A stretch of 64,000 nt of DNA from Leptothrix sp. (in: b-proteobacteria) (lineage in GTDB: Bacteria > Pseudomonadota > Gammaproteobacteria > Burkholderiales > Burkholderiaceae_C). Positions 47,166 through 57,718 of this stretch are shown piece by piece. The notes under the pieces are model-generated. The model ran no database searches. It was not told where the DNA came from and saw nothing but the letters and a program-made list of their open reading frames with translations. The stretch lies in the NCBI GenBank assembly GCA_965250675.1, contig CBDFPH010000003.1. One strand, 5' to 3'. Both the position numbers and the translations under genes were made by a program. Position 1 is the first letter of the stretch; every line of letters starts with the position of its first letter.

Positions 47166-47287
47166 CTGCCTTTCGAATGCCCGGGTTGGTGGCTTCACTG
47201 TAGAGCGCCGTGGCGGTACCCGCACCCCGGCTCTTGCTTTTGAATTCTGGAGTAATGTGCTGCCAATTCCGCAAGACGTCCGCCCCC

Positions 47288-47843
47288 ATGCCTCCAGCAC
47301 CACACGAGCCCGAAGCCATCCTTGATTTCTGGTTCGAAGAGAATCGATCCCAAGCAATGGTGGGCGAAATCCGAGCCGTTCGACCGGCAGATCGAAACCC
47401 GCTTTGGCGCTGTCCACCGGGCCGCAGCGCGGTGTGAGCTACACAGCTGGCGCGCCACGGCGCCCGGTCGCCTGGCAGAAATCATCGTGCTCGACCAGTT
47501 CTCACGCAACATCTACCGCGATCAGTCCCAGGCGTTTGCCTGCGACGCCTTGGCGCTCGCACTGGCTCAATGCGCCGTGGCGGCCCAGGCCGATATCGAA
47601 CTCGACCTCGCGCAGCGAGCTTTTCTCTATCTGCCCTACATGCACAGCGAATCGCTTGTGATTCACGAAACCGCGCTGACTTTATTCAGTGCGCCGGGCC
47701 TGGAAAACAATCTGAACTTCGAGCGCAGGCACCAGGCCATCATCGACCGTTTCGGGCGCTATCCGCACCGCAATGCCATCCTGGGTCGAACATCCACGCC
47801 CGACGAGCTTGAGTTCCTGACGACACCGGGCTCGTCGTTCTGA
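47288..47843 (+). pseudogene. DUF924-like protein split by a 1-nt insertion
   Basis: MPPAPHEPEAILDFWFEE in one frame continues as IDPKQWWAKS...LAEIIVLDQFSRNIYR...FGRYPHRN in another; extra A at 47342-47343. Confidence 0.78.
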
Positions 47844-47892
47844 AAAACAAAAAGCGCCCTGAGGCGCTTGATCGATGTTCTTCAGTGTGTTT

Positions 47893-47966
47893 TGGAGCGG
47901 GTGAGGGGAATCGAACCCCTGTATGAAGCTTGGGAAGCTGCCGTTCTACCATTGAACTACACCCGC
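47893..47966 (-). tRNA. tRNA-Gly(CCC)
   Basis: GCGGGTG acceptor stem, TTCCCAA anticodon loop, GGTTCGATTCC, CCA end. Confidence 0.95.
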
Positions 47967-48065
47967 AGCAGCGCGCATTATAAGCATCGCATTCGGGCAG
48001 AATCGCGCACCCTGGCGGCGCCTGATGCGTCGGCCCTTCCCTCACGAACTGCTCTGTGCCGCACG

Positions 48066-48797
48066 ATGTCCGATCCCGTCGAAACCATCATCCCCGAGTC
48101 ACCCGACAGCCCGGAGGCGTCTGCCGCGCCGCGCCGCGCGGTGCGCAGTTTCGTGTTGCGCGCGGGCCGCATGGGCACGGGGCAGCAGCGGGCGCTGGAG
48201 GAACTCGGGCCGCGCTACGTGCTGCCGTTCGCGCCCCAGCCCCTCGCGGTCGAGTCGGTCTGGCAGCGCACCGCGCCGCTGGTGCTGGAAATCGGTTTCG
48301 GCATGGGTGACGCCACTGCACAGATTGCAGCAGCGCGGCCTGAGACCCTGTTCCTGGGTGTCGAGGTGCACACGCCAGGCGTGGGCGCCCTGCTCAAGCA
48401 CATCGGCGAGCGTGGGCTGGAGAATCTGCGCATCGTGCAGCACGACGCGGTCGAGGTGCTCGATCAGATGATCGCCCCCGGCAGCCTGGCCGGCGTGCAT
48501 GTGTTTTTCCCGGACCCGTGGCACAAGAAGAAGCACAACAAGCGCCGGCTGATCCAGCCGGAGTTCGTGGCAAAACTGGTATCGCGGCTGGCGCCGGGCG
48601 GCTATCTGCACTGCGCTACCGACTGGCAGGACTATGCCGAGCAGATGCTCGCCGTGCTGAGCGCCGAACCCGGCCTGCGAAACACCGCCGACGGCTACGC
48701 GCCGCGCCCGGACTATCGCCCGCTGACCAAGTTCGAGAACCGCGGCCTGCGCCTCGGCCACGGCGTGTGGGACTTGATCTACACGCGCGCAGCCTGA
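48066..48797 (+). CDS. trmB: tRNA (guanine-N7)-methyltransferase
   Basis: [26 protein letters not shown]. Confidence 0.96.
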   Translation: MSDPVETIIPESPDSPEASAAPRRAVRSFVLRAGRMGTGQQRALEELGPRYVLPFAPQPLAVESVWQRTAPLVLEIGFGMGDATAQIAAARPETLFLGVEVHTPGVGALLKHIGERGLENLRIVQHDAVEVLDQMIAPGSLAGVHVFFPDPWHKKKHNKRRLIQPEFVAKLVSRLAPGGYLHCATDWQDYAEQMLAVLSAEPGLRNTADGYAPRPDYRPLTKFENRGLRLGHGVWDLIYTRAA

Positions 48798-48819
48798 GGG
48801 GCTGCGTTCGGTCTTTCCG

Positions 48820-49644
48820 TCAGTCCGTCCAGACGATCGTGCCGCTGTAGGCCGTGGCCAGCACGATCAGGCCGAATGCAATGCGGTACCAAGCAAACGG
48901 CACGAAATTGTGGGTAGCGATGTAGCGCAGCAGCCAGCGCACGCACAGCCAGGCCGAGATGAAGGAGAACAGCAGGCCGACGACAAACATCGGCAAATCC
49001 GCCATCGACAGCAGCGCGCGCTCTTTCCAGAGGCTGTAGGCGCCGGCGCCGACCAGCGTCGGAATGCCCAGGAAGAAGCTGAAATCGGTCGCCGCCTGGC
49101 GCGACAGCCCGAGCATCATGCCGCCGATGATGGTGGCGCCCGAGCGACTGGTGCCTGGAATCATGGCAAAGCACTGCACGAGGCCGACCTTGAGAGCGTC
49201 CAGCGCGCTCATCTGGTCGACGTCATGAATGCGCACGGCCTTCGGGCTGCGCCGCTCGACCCACAAGATAATCAGCCCCCCGATGATGAAGGTGGACGCC
49301 ACGACAACCGGCGTGAACAGGTGGGCCTTGATGACCTTGCCGAACAGCAGGCCCAGCACCACGGCCGGCAGAAAGCCGATCAGCACGTTGCGCACGAAGC
49401 GCTGTGAGGACGGGTCACGTGGCAAACCCGCCATGGTGGCGCGAAGTCGCTGGGCATAGACCAGGATCACGGCGAAAATCGCGCCAGTCTGGATGGCGAT
49501 CTCGAACACCTTGCTCTTGTCGTCGGTGAAGCCCAGGAGCGATCCTGCCAATATCAGGTGCCCGGTGCTGGAGATGGGCAAAAACTCGGTCAGCCCCTCC
49601 ACGATGCCCATCAGGGCGGCCTTGATCAAGATGACGACGTCCAC
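48820..49644 (-). CDS. uppP: Undecaprenyl-diphosphate phosphatase
   Basis: [24 protein letters not shown]. Confidence 0.96.
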   Translation of the reverse strand: MDVVILIKAALMGIVEGLTEFLPISSTGHLILAGSLLGFTDDKSKVFEIAIQTGAIFAVILVYAQRLRATMAGLPRDPSSQRFVRNVLIGFLPAVVLGLLFGKVIKAHLFTPVVVASTFIIGGLIILWVERRSPKAVRIHDVDQMSALDALKVGLVQCFAMIPGTSRSGATIIGGMMLGLSRQAATDFSFFLGIPTLVGAGAYSLWKERALLSMADLPMFVVGLLFSFISAWLCVRWLLRYIATHNFVPFAWYRIAFGLIVLATAYSGTIVWTD

Positions 49645-49824
49645 TGAATCACTCCGTTTCCGGTCGGACTGACCGGCTTGATTTACTTCAAATAATCAAC
49701 AAAAAGCCCCGCTCGGCGGGGCTGATCTACAACGGAAATCACGATAGCACAGCCGTGTTTCCACCCTCTTCACGCCGGGTTGCCTCGGTGCGATCCCGCT
49801 TCAATACACCTCAGGTTTGCCGAT

Positions 49825-51537
49825 ATGGTCACGCTCAAGCTCACGAAAAAACCCGGCGCCAAGCCGTCCTCGCCTTCATCGCCCTCCTACCGCTCACCTG
49901 TCCGTGGCGGCCAGGGCGCGCGCGGCCGGCCGACGCTGGCGCAGGCGCAGGCCGACCGCGAGGTCCGTGCCAAAGAAAACGAAGCCGCAGCGGGGGATCG
50001 TCGTCCGTCGCAGAACCGGCCAGACCGACAGGATCGCCCGCCGCGTTTTGATGCGCGGCAAGATGAGCGCCCGGCGTTCCGCTCGGAGCCCCGCCAGGAG
50101 TTCCGCTCCGGCCCACGCCCGGATGCCCGTCCTGATTCGCGTCCGTTCCAGCGCGACGAAGGCCCGCGCCGTGGCTTTGACGATCGCCGCAACGAGGGCC
50201 CGCGCCCGTCGTTCGGCCACGCGGATCGCCCGCGTCCCCAAGGCGAAGGCTGGCGCGACGAGCAGCCGCGCCGTGACCGTGACCCACGTGACGCGCGCCA
50301 GGCACCACGCTTCGATCCGCGCCAGCAGGGCGCAGGCCAACGCAATGATTTCCGCCAGGGTGAGCAGCGTCCTGCCGCGCCCTGGGGTGGCGAGCGCCGT
50401 GACCCGCCACGCCAGTGGCAAGACCAGCGCCCCAACGATCATCGTCAGCCCGACAACCGCTGGCATGACCGGCCGGCGCCGGATGCGCGCGGGGGCTATC
50501 GCAACGACCAGCGCCCCGATCCGCGCAGCCAGGCCCAGCGCCCGGCGCCGCGCTTCGAGCCGCGTCATGAACAGCGCCCGGACTTCCCGCGCGCCGATCA
50601 GCGTGGCGACTATCGCAGCGAAAGCCGCAGTGATGCGCGCAACGAAGGCCGCACCGAAGAGCGCATCGCCCGCCCCTATCGCCCGCCGCTGGCTCCGGCC
50701 CGTCCGGTGCAATCGGGGCAGGACCGCTCCTACTCGTCGCGCCCGGAACGGCTGACGGGCCCGAACCCGAACCGCCGCGAGCCGTCGGAGCTGCACACCG
50801 GCGAGCGCCTGTCCAAGCGCATGACCGCGCTCGGCCTGGCGTCGCGCCGCGAGGCCGATGAGTGGATCGAAGCCGGCTGGGTGCGGGTCGACGGCCGCCT
50901 GGCGGTGCTGGGCCAGCGCGTCGGGCCGGAGGCGCGCATCACGGTCGACCCGCTGGCGCACAAGCAGCAGGCACAACGCATGACCATCCTGGTCAACAAG
51001 CCGGTCGGCTACGTCAGCGGCCAGGCCGAAGACGGCTACGAGCCCGCCATCGCGCTGATCCGCCCCGAAAACCAGTGGGCCGAAGACAAGTCCGGCTTCA
51101 GCTGGCACCCCGGCCACATGCGCAGCCTGGCGCCCGCCGGGCGGCTGGACATTGACTCCATCGGCCTGCTGGTGCTGACGCAGGATGGCCGCGTCGCCAA
51201 GCAACTGATCGGTGACGACTCGCAGGTCGAGAAGGAATACCTGGTGCGGGTCGAGTACATGGGCGACGGCGACTTCCCCGAGTCCGCCATGGCGCTGCTC
51301 AACCACGGCCTGGAAATCGATGGCGAGCCGCTCAAGCCCGCCAAGGTCAGCTGGCAGAACGAAGACCAGCTGCGCTTCGTGCTGCGCGAAGGCAAGAAGC
51401 GCCAGATCCGAAGAATGTGCGAAGCCGTCGGCCTCAACATCCTGAGCCTCAAGCGCGTGCGCATCGGCAGCGTGCCGCTGGGCCACCTGCCTGTGGGCCA
51501 ATGGCGCTACATGCGCCGGGATGAGTTCTTCATCTGA
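49825..51537 (+). CDS. rRNA pseudouridine synthase (RluB/RluF-like) with a long disordered N-terminus
   Basis: S4 domain (GERLSKRM..SRREAD), catalytic GRLD, EGKKRQIRRM. Confidence 0.88.
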   Translation: MVTLKLTKKPGAKPSSPSSPSYRSPVRGGQGARGRPTLAQAQADREVRAKENEAAAGDRRPSQNRPDRQDRPPRFDARQDERPAFRSEPRQEFRSGPRPDARPDSRPFQRDEGPRRGFDDRRNEGPRPSFGHADRPRPQGEGWRDEQPRRDRDPRDARQAPRFDPRQQGAGQRNDFRQGEQRPAAPWGGERRDPPRQWQDQRPNDHRQPDNRWHDRPAPDARGGYRNDQRPDPRSQAQRPAPRFEPRHEQRPDFPRADQRGDYRSESRSDARNEGRTEERIARPYRPPLAPARPVQSGQDRSYSSRPERLTGPNPNRREPSELHTGERLSKRMTALGLASRREADEWIEAGWVRVDGRLAVLGQRVGPEARITVDPLAHKQQAQRMTILVNKPVGYVSGQAEDGYEPAIALIRPENQWAEDKSGFSWHPGHMRSLAPAGRLDIDSIGLLVLTQDGRVAKQLIGDDSQVEKEYLVRVEYMGDGDFPESAMALLNHGLEIDGEPLKPAKVSWQNEDQLRFVLREGKKRQIRRMCEAVGLNILSLKRVRIGSVPLGHLPVGQWRYMRRDEFFI

Positions 51538-51572
51538 CGTGAACTGATCCGATCTTGATCGGATCGGAAAAG

Positions 51573-51602
51573 AAAAAACGGCCGCATCAAGCGGCCGTTT
51601 TT
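51573..51602. terminator. Bidirectional terminator between the pseudouridine synthase gene and purL
   Basis: AAAAAACGGCCGC-loop-GCGGCCGTTTTT. Confidence 0.8.
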
Positions 51603-51639
51603 ATTGGCGTTTCAGCGTCAGGGCTTGATCAGCCCGCCC

Positions 51640-54600
51640 TCAACCCACCCACTTGCGTGCATTGCCGAACATGCGCTGCCATGGGCTGGCAGCGCTCACG
51701 TCGCCACTCGTCCAGCTCATCTGCACGTTGCGGAAGACGCGTTCCGGGTGCGGCATCAGCACCGTGAAGCGGCCGTCGGCGGTGGTGACCGAGGTCAGGC
51801 CGTCCGGGCTGCCGTTCGGGTTGAACGGGTAGGCTTCGGTCGGCGCGCCGGTGGGGTCGACGAAGCGCATGGCGCGCTGGACCTTGGCGGAATCACCGCG
51901 CTGCGAAAAGTCCGCAAAGCCTTCGCCGTGGGCCACCGCGATCGGCATGCGACTGCCTTCCATGCCCTGGAAGAAGATCGACGGGCTGGCCAGGATCTCG
52001 ACCTGGCTCAGGCGCGCCTCGAACTGCTCGCTCTTGTTGCGCGTGAACTTGGGCCAGTCCTGCGCACCGGGGATGATGGGCGACAGCGCCGCCATCATCT
52101 GGCAGCCGTTGCACACGCCCAGCGCGAAGGTGTCGGTGCGGCCGAAGAAGGCCGCGAACTGCTCGGCCAGCTGCGGATTGAACATGACCGAGCGCGCCCA
52201 GCCCTCGCCCGCGCCCAGCGTGTCGCCGTAGCTGAAGCCACCGCAGGCGACAAAGCCCTGGAACATGTCGAGACGGGCGCGGCCGGCCTGCAGGTCGGAC
52301 ATGTGCACGTCGAAGGTGTCGAAGCCCGACTTCGCCATCGCGTAGCTCATCTCGATGTGCGAGTTGACGCCCTGCTCGCGCAGGATGGCGACCTTGGGGC
52401 GCGTCAGGTTCAGGAACGGCGCGGCCACGTCCTGCGCGGCGTCGAAGGTCAGCGCCACGTGCAGGCCGGTGGCGTCGGCGGCGCCCGTGGCGGCGTGTTC
52501 GCTGTCGGCGCAGGCCGGGTTGTCGCGCAGGCGGGCGATGCGCCAGCTCACGTCGTCCCAGGCCTGGTGCAGGTCGCGCAGCGGTGCGGTGAACACGCTC
52601 TTGGCATCGCGCCAGACCTCGACCGCCGCGCGGTCGTTGGTCTTGCCGATGACGTGGCTGTGCTTGCTCAGGCCGTGGGCGCGCAGCGTTTGCATCACTT
52701 CGTTGCGCACGGCGGTCGGCACCTGGATGACGGCGCCGAGTTCCTCGTTGAACAGCGCTTTCAGCGTCAGCTCGTTGCGGCGCTCGCCGACCTGCGTGGC
52801 CCAGTTCTTGGAGTCACCCGTGTCGGCGCGGCTGTCGCTGATGCCGTCGCCTTCAGTGACGAGCATGTCGACGTTCAGGCTGACGCCCACGTGGCCGGCA
52901 AAGGCCATTTCGCAGGCCGCTGCCCACAGGCCGCCATCGCTGCGGTCGTGGTAGGCCAGCAGCCTGCCCGCGGCGCGCAGCGCGTTGATGGCGCTGACCA
53001 GGCACTTGAGCGCTTCGGCGCTGTCCACGTCCGGCACTTCATGGCCGAATTGGTTGAGCACCTGCGCCAGCATCGAACCGCCCATGCGGTTCTTGCCGTG
53101 GCCCAGGTCGATCAGGATCAAACTGGTGTCGCCCGTCTGCAGTTGCGGCGTGAGCGTGCCGCGCACGTCGTCGAGCGTGGCAAACGCCGACACGATCAGC
53201 GACACCGGCGCCACGACCTGCTTGGCTTGCTCGCCGTCGCTCCACTTGGTGCGCATCGACAGGCTGTCCTTGCCGACCGGAATGCCGATGCCCAGCGCCG
53301 GGCACAGCTCCATGCCGATCGCCTTGACGGTCTCGTACAGCGCGGCGTCTTCGCCGGCTTCACCACAGGCGGCCATCCAGTTGGCAGAGAGCTTGATGCG
53401 GCTCAGCTCGATCGGTGCAGCCAGCAGGTTGGTGATGGCCTCGGCCACCGCCATGCGGCCCGAGGCGGGCGCATCCAACGCGGCCAGCGGCGTGCGCTCG
53501 CCCATGCTCATGGCTTCGCCGCGGAAGCCGGCGTAGTCGGCCAGCGTCACGGCGCAATCGGCCACCGGCACTTGCCACGGGCCGACCATCTGGTCGCGGT
53601 GGCTCATGCCGCCCACGGTGCGGTCGCCGATGGTGATCAGGAAGCGCTTGCTCGCCACCGTCGGGTGGCGCAGCACCTGGTAGGCCACGTCTTCGAGCTT
53701 GACGCCGGTGAGGTTCAGCGGCGCTTCGGTGCGCTCGACGCGCTTGACATCGCGGTGCACCTTGGGCGGCTTGCCCAGCAGCACGTCCATTGGCATGTCG
53801 ATCGGACGTGCGCCGCCCTTGCCTTCTTCGAGGATCAGCTCACGGTCGTCGGTCGCCACGCCGATCACGGCGAACGGGCAGCGCTCGCGCTCGGCCATCG
53901 CGGTGAAAATCGGCAGGCTCTCGGGCGAGATCGCCAGCACGTAGCGCTCCTGGCTCTCGTTGCACCAGATTTCCTTCGGCGCCAGGCCGGTTTCTTCCAG
54001 CGGCACCTTGTTGATGTCGAAGGTCGCGCCCTTCTCTGCGCCGTCGACCAGTTCCGGGAACGCATTGCTGATGCCGCCCGCGCCCACATCGTGGATGGCC
54101 AGGATCGGGTTCACCGCACCCAGCGCCCAGCAGTGGTTGATGACCTCCTGCGCCCGGCGCTGGATCTCGGGGTTGCCGCGCTGGACCGAGTCGAAGTCCA
54201 GCGACGCGGCATTGGTGCCCGCCGCCATCGAGCTGGCCGCGCCGCCGCCCATGCCGATGCGCATGCCGGGGCCGCCGAGCTGGATCAGCAGCGTGCCGGC
54301 GCCAAACGGCAGCTTGTGCGTCTGGCTGTCGCTGATTTGCCCCAAGCCGCCGGCAATCATGATGGGCTTGTGGTAGCCGCGCTGTACGCCGGCAACTTCC
54401 TGTTCGAAGACGCGGAAGTAGCCCGCCAGGTTGGGCCGGCCGAATTCGTTGTTGAACGCGGCGCCGCCCAGCGGGCCCTCGGTCATGATCTGCAGCGCGC
54501 TGGCGATGTGCTCGGGCTTGCCGATGGGCGACTGCTCCCACGACTCTGCCGTGTCGGGCAGGTTCAGGTTCGAGACGCTGAAGCCCGTCAGGCCGGCCTT

Positions 54601-55653
54601 GGGCTTGGAGCCGCGGCCGGTGGCGCCTTCATCGCGGATCTCGCCGCCCGCGCCAGTCGAGGCGCCCGGGAAAGGGCTGATGGCGGTCGGGTGGTTGTGC
54701 GTTTCCACCTTCATCAGCACATGCATGGTCTCGGGCTGCGCGGTGTACTGCGGCGCATTGGTGTAGCCCTGCGGTAGCCAGCGCTCGACCGGGCCGCCGC
54801 GCATCACCGAGGCGTTGTCGCTGTAGGCGACCACGGTGTTCTGCGGGCTGAGACGCTCGGTGTTGCGGATCATGCCGAACATGCTCAGCGGCTGCGGCAG
54901 GCCGTCGATGGTGAAGTCGGCGTTGAAGATCTTGTGGCGGCAGTGCTCGCTGTTGGCCTGCGCGAACATCATCAGCTCAACATCGCTCGGGTTGCGGCCG
55001 AGCTTGGTAAATGCGGCGACCAGGTAGTCGATTTCGTCGTCGCTCAGCGCCAGGCCGTAGGCCTTGTTGGCGACTTCCAGCGCAACGCGGCCACCGTTCG
55101 GGCCATGGCCCAGCACGTCGACATGTTCCAGCGGTTGCGCGGGTTGTTCGTCGAACAGGTGGCGGGCGGCGTCGCGCTCCAGCGCAGCCGATTCGGTCAT
55201 GCGGTCGTGCAGCAGCAGCGCGCAGGCCTGCAGTTCTTCGGCGCCGAGGTGCTTTTGCGTGTCGCTCTTGAAGGCATCGAACAGGCCGGTCTTGAGCGTC
55301 AGGCGGAACTCGGTCACGCGCTCGACGCGGTGGATCGACAGGCCGCAGTTGTGCGCGATGTCGGTGGCCTTGGACGCCCAGGGTGACACGGTGCCCAGGC
55401 GCGGCATGACGACGATCAGTTCGCCCTCACCTGATGCCGCATAGGCGTCACCATAGGTCAGCAGCGCGGCAAGTTTGTCGATGGCGGCTGAGGGCAGCGC
55501 GGCGTCGCTCCAGACCCAGTGCACATGGCGGGCGGACACCTCGACGATGCGGGGGCTGATCGCTTGCAGGCGCGGCAGCAGCGCCTGGGCGCGGAAAGTG
55601 GACAAGGCGTTGCCGCCTTCGAAATGCATCAGGTGCTTGGAGGAAGAAGACAC
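51640..55653 (-). CDS. purL: Phosphoribosylformylglycinamidine synthase
   Basis: [34 protein letters not shown]. Confidence 0.98.
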   Translation of the reverse strand: MSSSSKHLMHFEGGNALSTFRAQALLPRLQAISPRIVEVSARHVHWVWSDAALPSAAIDKLAALLTYGDAYAASGEGELIVVMPRLGTVSPWASKATDIAHNCGLSIHRVERVTEFRLTLKTGLFDAFKSDTQKHLGAEELQACALLLHDRMTESAALERDAARHLFDEQPAQPLEHVDVLGHGPNGGRVALEVANKAYGLALSDDEIDYLVAAFTKLGRNPSDVELMMFAQANSEHCRHKIFNADFTIDGLPQPLSMFGMIRNTERLSPQNTVVAYSDNASVMRGGPVERWLPQGYTNAPQYTAQPETMHVLMKVETHNHPTAISPFPGASTGAGGEIRDEGATGRGSKPKAGLTGFSVSNLNLPDTAESWEQSPIGKPEHIASALQIMTEGPLGGAAFNNEFGRPNLAGYFRVFEQEVAGVQRGYHKPIMIAGGLGQISDSQTHKLPFGAGTLLIQLGGPGMRIGMGGGAASSMAAGTNAASLDFDSVQRGNPEIQRRAQEVINHCWALGAVNPILAIHDVGAGGISNAFPELVDGAEKGATFDINKVPLEETGLAPKEIWCNESQERYVLAISPESLPIFTAMAERERCPFAVIGVATDDRELILEEGKGGARPIDMPMDVLLGKPPKVHRDVKRVERTEAPLNLTGVKLEDVAYQVLRHPTVASKRFLITIGDRTVGGMSHRDQMVGPWQVPVADCAVTLADYAGFRGEAMSMGERTPLAALDAPASGRMAVAEAITNLLAAPIELSRIKLSANWMAACGEAGEDAALYETVKAIGMELCPALGIGIPVGKDSLSMRTKWSDGEQAKQVVAPVSLIVSAFATLDDVRGTLTPQLQTGDTSLILIDLGHGKNRMGGSMLAQVLNQFGHEVPDVDSAEALKCLVSAINALRAAGRLLAYHDRSDGGLWAAACEMAFAGHVGVSLNVDMLVTEGDGISDSRADTGDSKNWATQVGERRNELTLKALFNEELGAVIQVPTAVRNEVMQTLRAHGLSKHSHVIGKTNDRAAVEVWRDAKSVFTAPLRDLHQAWDDVSWRIARLRDNPACADSEHAATGAADATGLHVALTFDAAQDVAAPFLNLTRPKVAILREQGVNSHIEMSYAMAKSGFDTFDVHMSDLQAGRARLDMFQGFVACGGFSYGDTLGAGEGWARSVMFNPQLAEQFAAFFGRTDTFALGVCNGCQMMAALSPIIPGAQDWPKFTRNKSEQFEARLSQVEILASPSIFFQGMEGSRMPIAVAHGEGFADFSQRGDSAKVQRAMRFVDPTGAPTEAYPFNPNGSPDGLTSVTTADGRFTVLMPHPERVFRNVQMSWTSGDVSAASPWQRMFGNARKWVG

Positions 55654-55816
55654 TTAGAGCGAGCCTGCAGGAAGGTGAACGATGTCGCGGCCGGAGGCCA
55701 CGAACGCAACCCATGATTTTAGGCGGTGACGCAGCGTCAGAAAAATCCTTGCCGACGCGGCTCGTCTAGAAAGCAGAATCAAGCCTGATCTGAAACGTTG
55801 CCGTTAGTATGTTTTC

Positions 55817-56884
55817 ATGAAGTCTTACCCGCTGTTCCCGTCGATCGAGGCTGAAGACCTGCGCACGGAGTTGCTGGCGCTGTTCGAGCGCTGGCTGGCC
55901 TCCAAGCCCGGGCGCAGCCGTCAGAAAGTGCATGCGCTGGCCAATGAGTCGGCCCATGTCTATCGGGACATGTGGGGCGCGTTCGCATCGTTCTGCATTC
56001 CGCTCGATGAGGAAGGGTTGCACTACGTGCGGGTTAACCCGCTGCAAGGCGTGCGCCGGGAGCAGATGCAGCTTTTCCTGTCACTACCCAACCCGGGGCC
56101 GCGAGCGCCTGGTCGGGGCCGCGTCCGCAATGACGCGCTGGCGCTGCGCTACGCCTGGCGCATGCTGCACCTGATCGACCGGGTGCTGACGTTCCACCGC
56201 ATCCGCAAAAAGGAAAAAAGCGCCGGTCCCACGGCGGCTGCAGCGCTGTTGCTGGAAGCGCCCTACCGCTACGCCAACTCGGCCGCGCTGAATCCTGAGA
56301 CGGAAATCCTCAGCGACGGCGAACTGAGGCGGCTGATGGCGCTGTTGACTGCCCCGTTGCCAAGCAACAGTTCGCCGCGCGGTGAATGGCGCCTGGTGCG
56401 TGACCGGGCGCTGGTGGCGCTGATGCTGGGCGCCGGGCTTGGCCCCGGCGACGCGCAAGGCCTGCTGCTGGACGGGCTGGCGCTGGAGGATGGCCCCGTG
56501 CCCGGCGTGCCGTGGCGCTTGACCGTGCCGGCCGATGGCCTGTCGCCTGAACATCAGACGCCGGTGGCGCAATGGGCGGGAGAGTTGCTGGCACGTTGGC
56601 TGGCGTTGCGCACGGCCAAGGCCATTGCCGGCGACTTCGTGTTTCCGTCCACCCTGAGCGGCAAACAATTGTCCCGGCCGGCGGTGCACAGTGCGGCCGT
56701 CAGCGTGCTGGAAGCAGCCGAGGTCATGGGCGGCGCTCCGTTCCGTTTGCGGCACACTTTTGCCGTGCGGCAGTTGACCAAGGGCTACTCGGAAGAACAG
56801 GTGGGCGCCTGGATGGGCATGGTCGAGTTGCGCACCATGCAGCGCTACCGCAAGTACGTCGTCAAGGCGCAGGATCTGGCCTGA
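55817..56884 (+). CDS. Tyrosine recombinase-fold protein with degenerate active site
   Basis: RDRALVALMLGAGLG, LRHTFA, TMQRY align to the XerD boxes. Confidence 0.8.
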   Translation: MKSYPLFPSIEAEDLRTELLALFERWLASKPGRSRQKVHALANESAHVYRDMWGAFASFCIPLDEEGLHYVRVNPLQGVRREQMQLFLSLPNPGPRAPGRGRVRNDALALRYAWRMLHLIDRVLTFHRIRKKEKSAGPTAAAALLLEAPYRYANSAALNPETEILSDGELRRLMALLTAPLPSNSSPRGEWRLVRDRALVALMLGAGLGPGDAQGLLLDGLALEDGPVPGVPWRLTVPADGLSPEHQTPVAQWAGELLARWLALRTAKAIAGDFVFPSTLSGKQLSRPAVHSAAVSVLEAAEVMGGAPFRLRHTFAVRQLTKGYSEEQVGAWMGMVELRTMQRYRKYVVKAQDLA

Positions 56885-56909
56885 AACCCGAATGCGATAA
56901 TTCACAGCT

Positions 56910-57713
56910 ATGTCGATCACGATCAAGACCGCCGAAGATATCGCCGCCATGCGCGTGGCCTGCCGCCTTGCCTCCGAGGTGCTGGACATGCTGACGCCTC
57001 ACGTCAAGGCCGGCATCACCACCAACGAACTGGACCGCCTGGCGCACGACCACATCGTCCATGTGCAGAAAGCCATTCCCGCGCCGCTCAACTACGCCCC
57101 GCCCGGCTACACGCCGTACCCGAAGTCGATCTGCACCTCGGTCAATGACCAGATCTGCCACGGCGTGCCCAACGACAAGGCGCTGAAGAACGGCGACATC
57201 GTCAACATCGACATCACCGTCATCAAGGACGGCTGGCACGGTGACACGAGTCGCATGTTCATCGTCGGCGAGGGCTCGATTGCTGCCAAGCGCCTGTGCA
57301 GCATCACGTACGACGCCATGTGGCGCGGCATCATGAAGGTCAAGCCGGGAGCGCGTCTGGGCGACATCGGCAACGCGATCCAGACTTTCACCGAAAACCA
57401 GGGCCTGTCGGTGGTGCGCGAATTCTGCGGCCACGGCATCGGCAAGAAATTCCACGAAGAGCCGCAGGTGCTGCACTACGGCCGCCCGGGCACGCTCGAC
57501 ACGCTGGTCACCGGCATGGTGTTCACCATCGAGCCCATGATCAACGCCGGCCGGCGCGAGATCAAGGAAGCCGGCGACGGCTGGACCATCCGCACCAAGG
57601 ACCGCTCGCTCTCCGCGCAGTGGGAACACACCGTGGTGGTGACTGAAACCGGCTACGAGGTCATGACGCTCTCGGCCGGCAGCCCGCCTGTGCCTGATTT
57701 CGTCGGAGCCTGA
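56910..57713 (+). CDS. map: Methionine aminopeptidase type I
   Basis: SICTSVN..ICHG, GHGIG, FTIEPM, SAQWEHT. Confidence 0.98.
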   Translation: MSITIKTAEDIAAMRVACRLASEVLDMLTPHVKAGITTNELDRLAHDHIVHVQKAIPAPLNYAPPGYTPYPKSICTSVNDQICHGVPNDKALKNGDIVNIDITVIKDGWHGDTSRMFIVGEGSIAAKRLCSITYDAMWRGIMKVKPGARLGDIGNAIQTFTENQGLSVVREFCGHGIGKKFHEEPQVLHYGRPGTLDTLVTGMVFTIEPMINAGRREIKEAGDGWTIRTKDRSLSAQWEHTVVVTETGYEVMTLSAGSPPVPDFVGA

Positions 57714-57718
57714 CCGCC

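Noticed and set aside
47893-47966. C:U mismatch in the tRNA-Gly anticodon stem as a sign of a pseudo-tRNA
   Set aside because: All other arms and the CCA end are intact; a single mismatch is tolerated in functional tRNAs
49702-49724. Hairpin AGCCCCG-CTCGG-CGGGGCT upstream of uppP as a riboswitch
   Set aside because: No recognisable aptamer; only a simple terminator-like stem
51604-54777. Very long antisense ORFs, such as 1057 aa opposite purL, 712 aa opposite alaS, 825 aa opposite glnD and 610 aa opposite thrS and glgX
   Set aside because: Shadow frames typical of high-GC codon bias; no recognisable motifs; each fully overlaps a well-supported gene
55817-56884. The tyrosine recombinase as the prophage integrase
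   Set aside because: It lies 16 kb outside the att sites and lacks most catalytic residues
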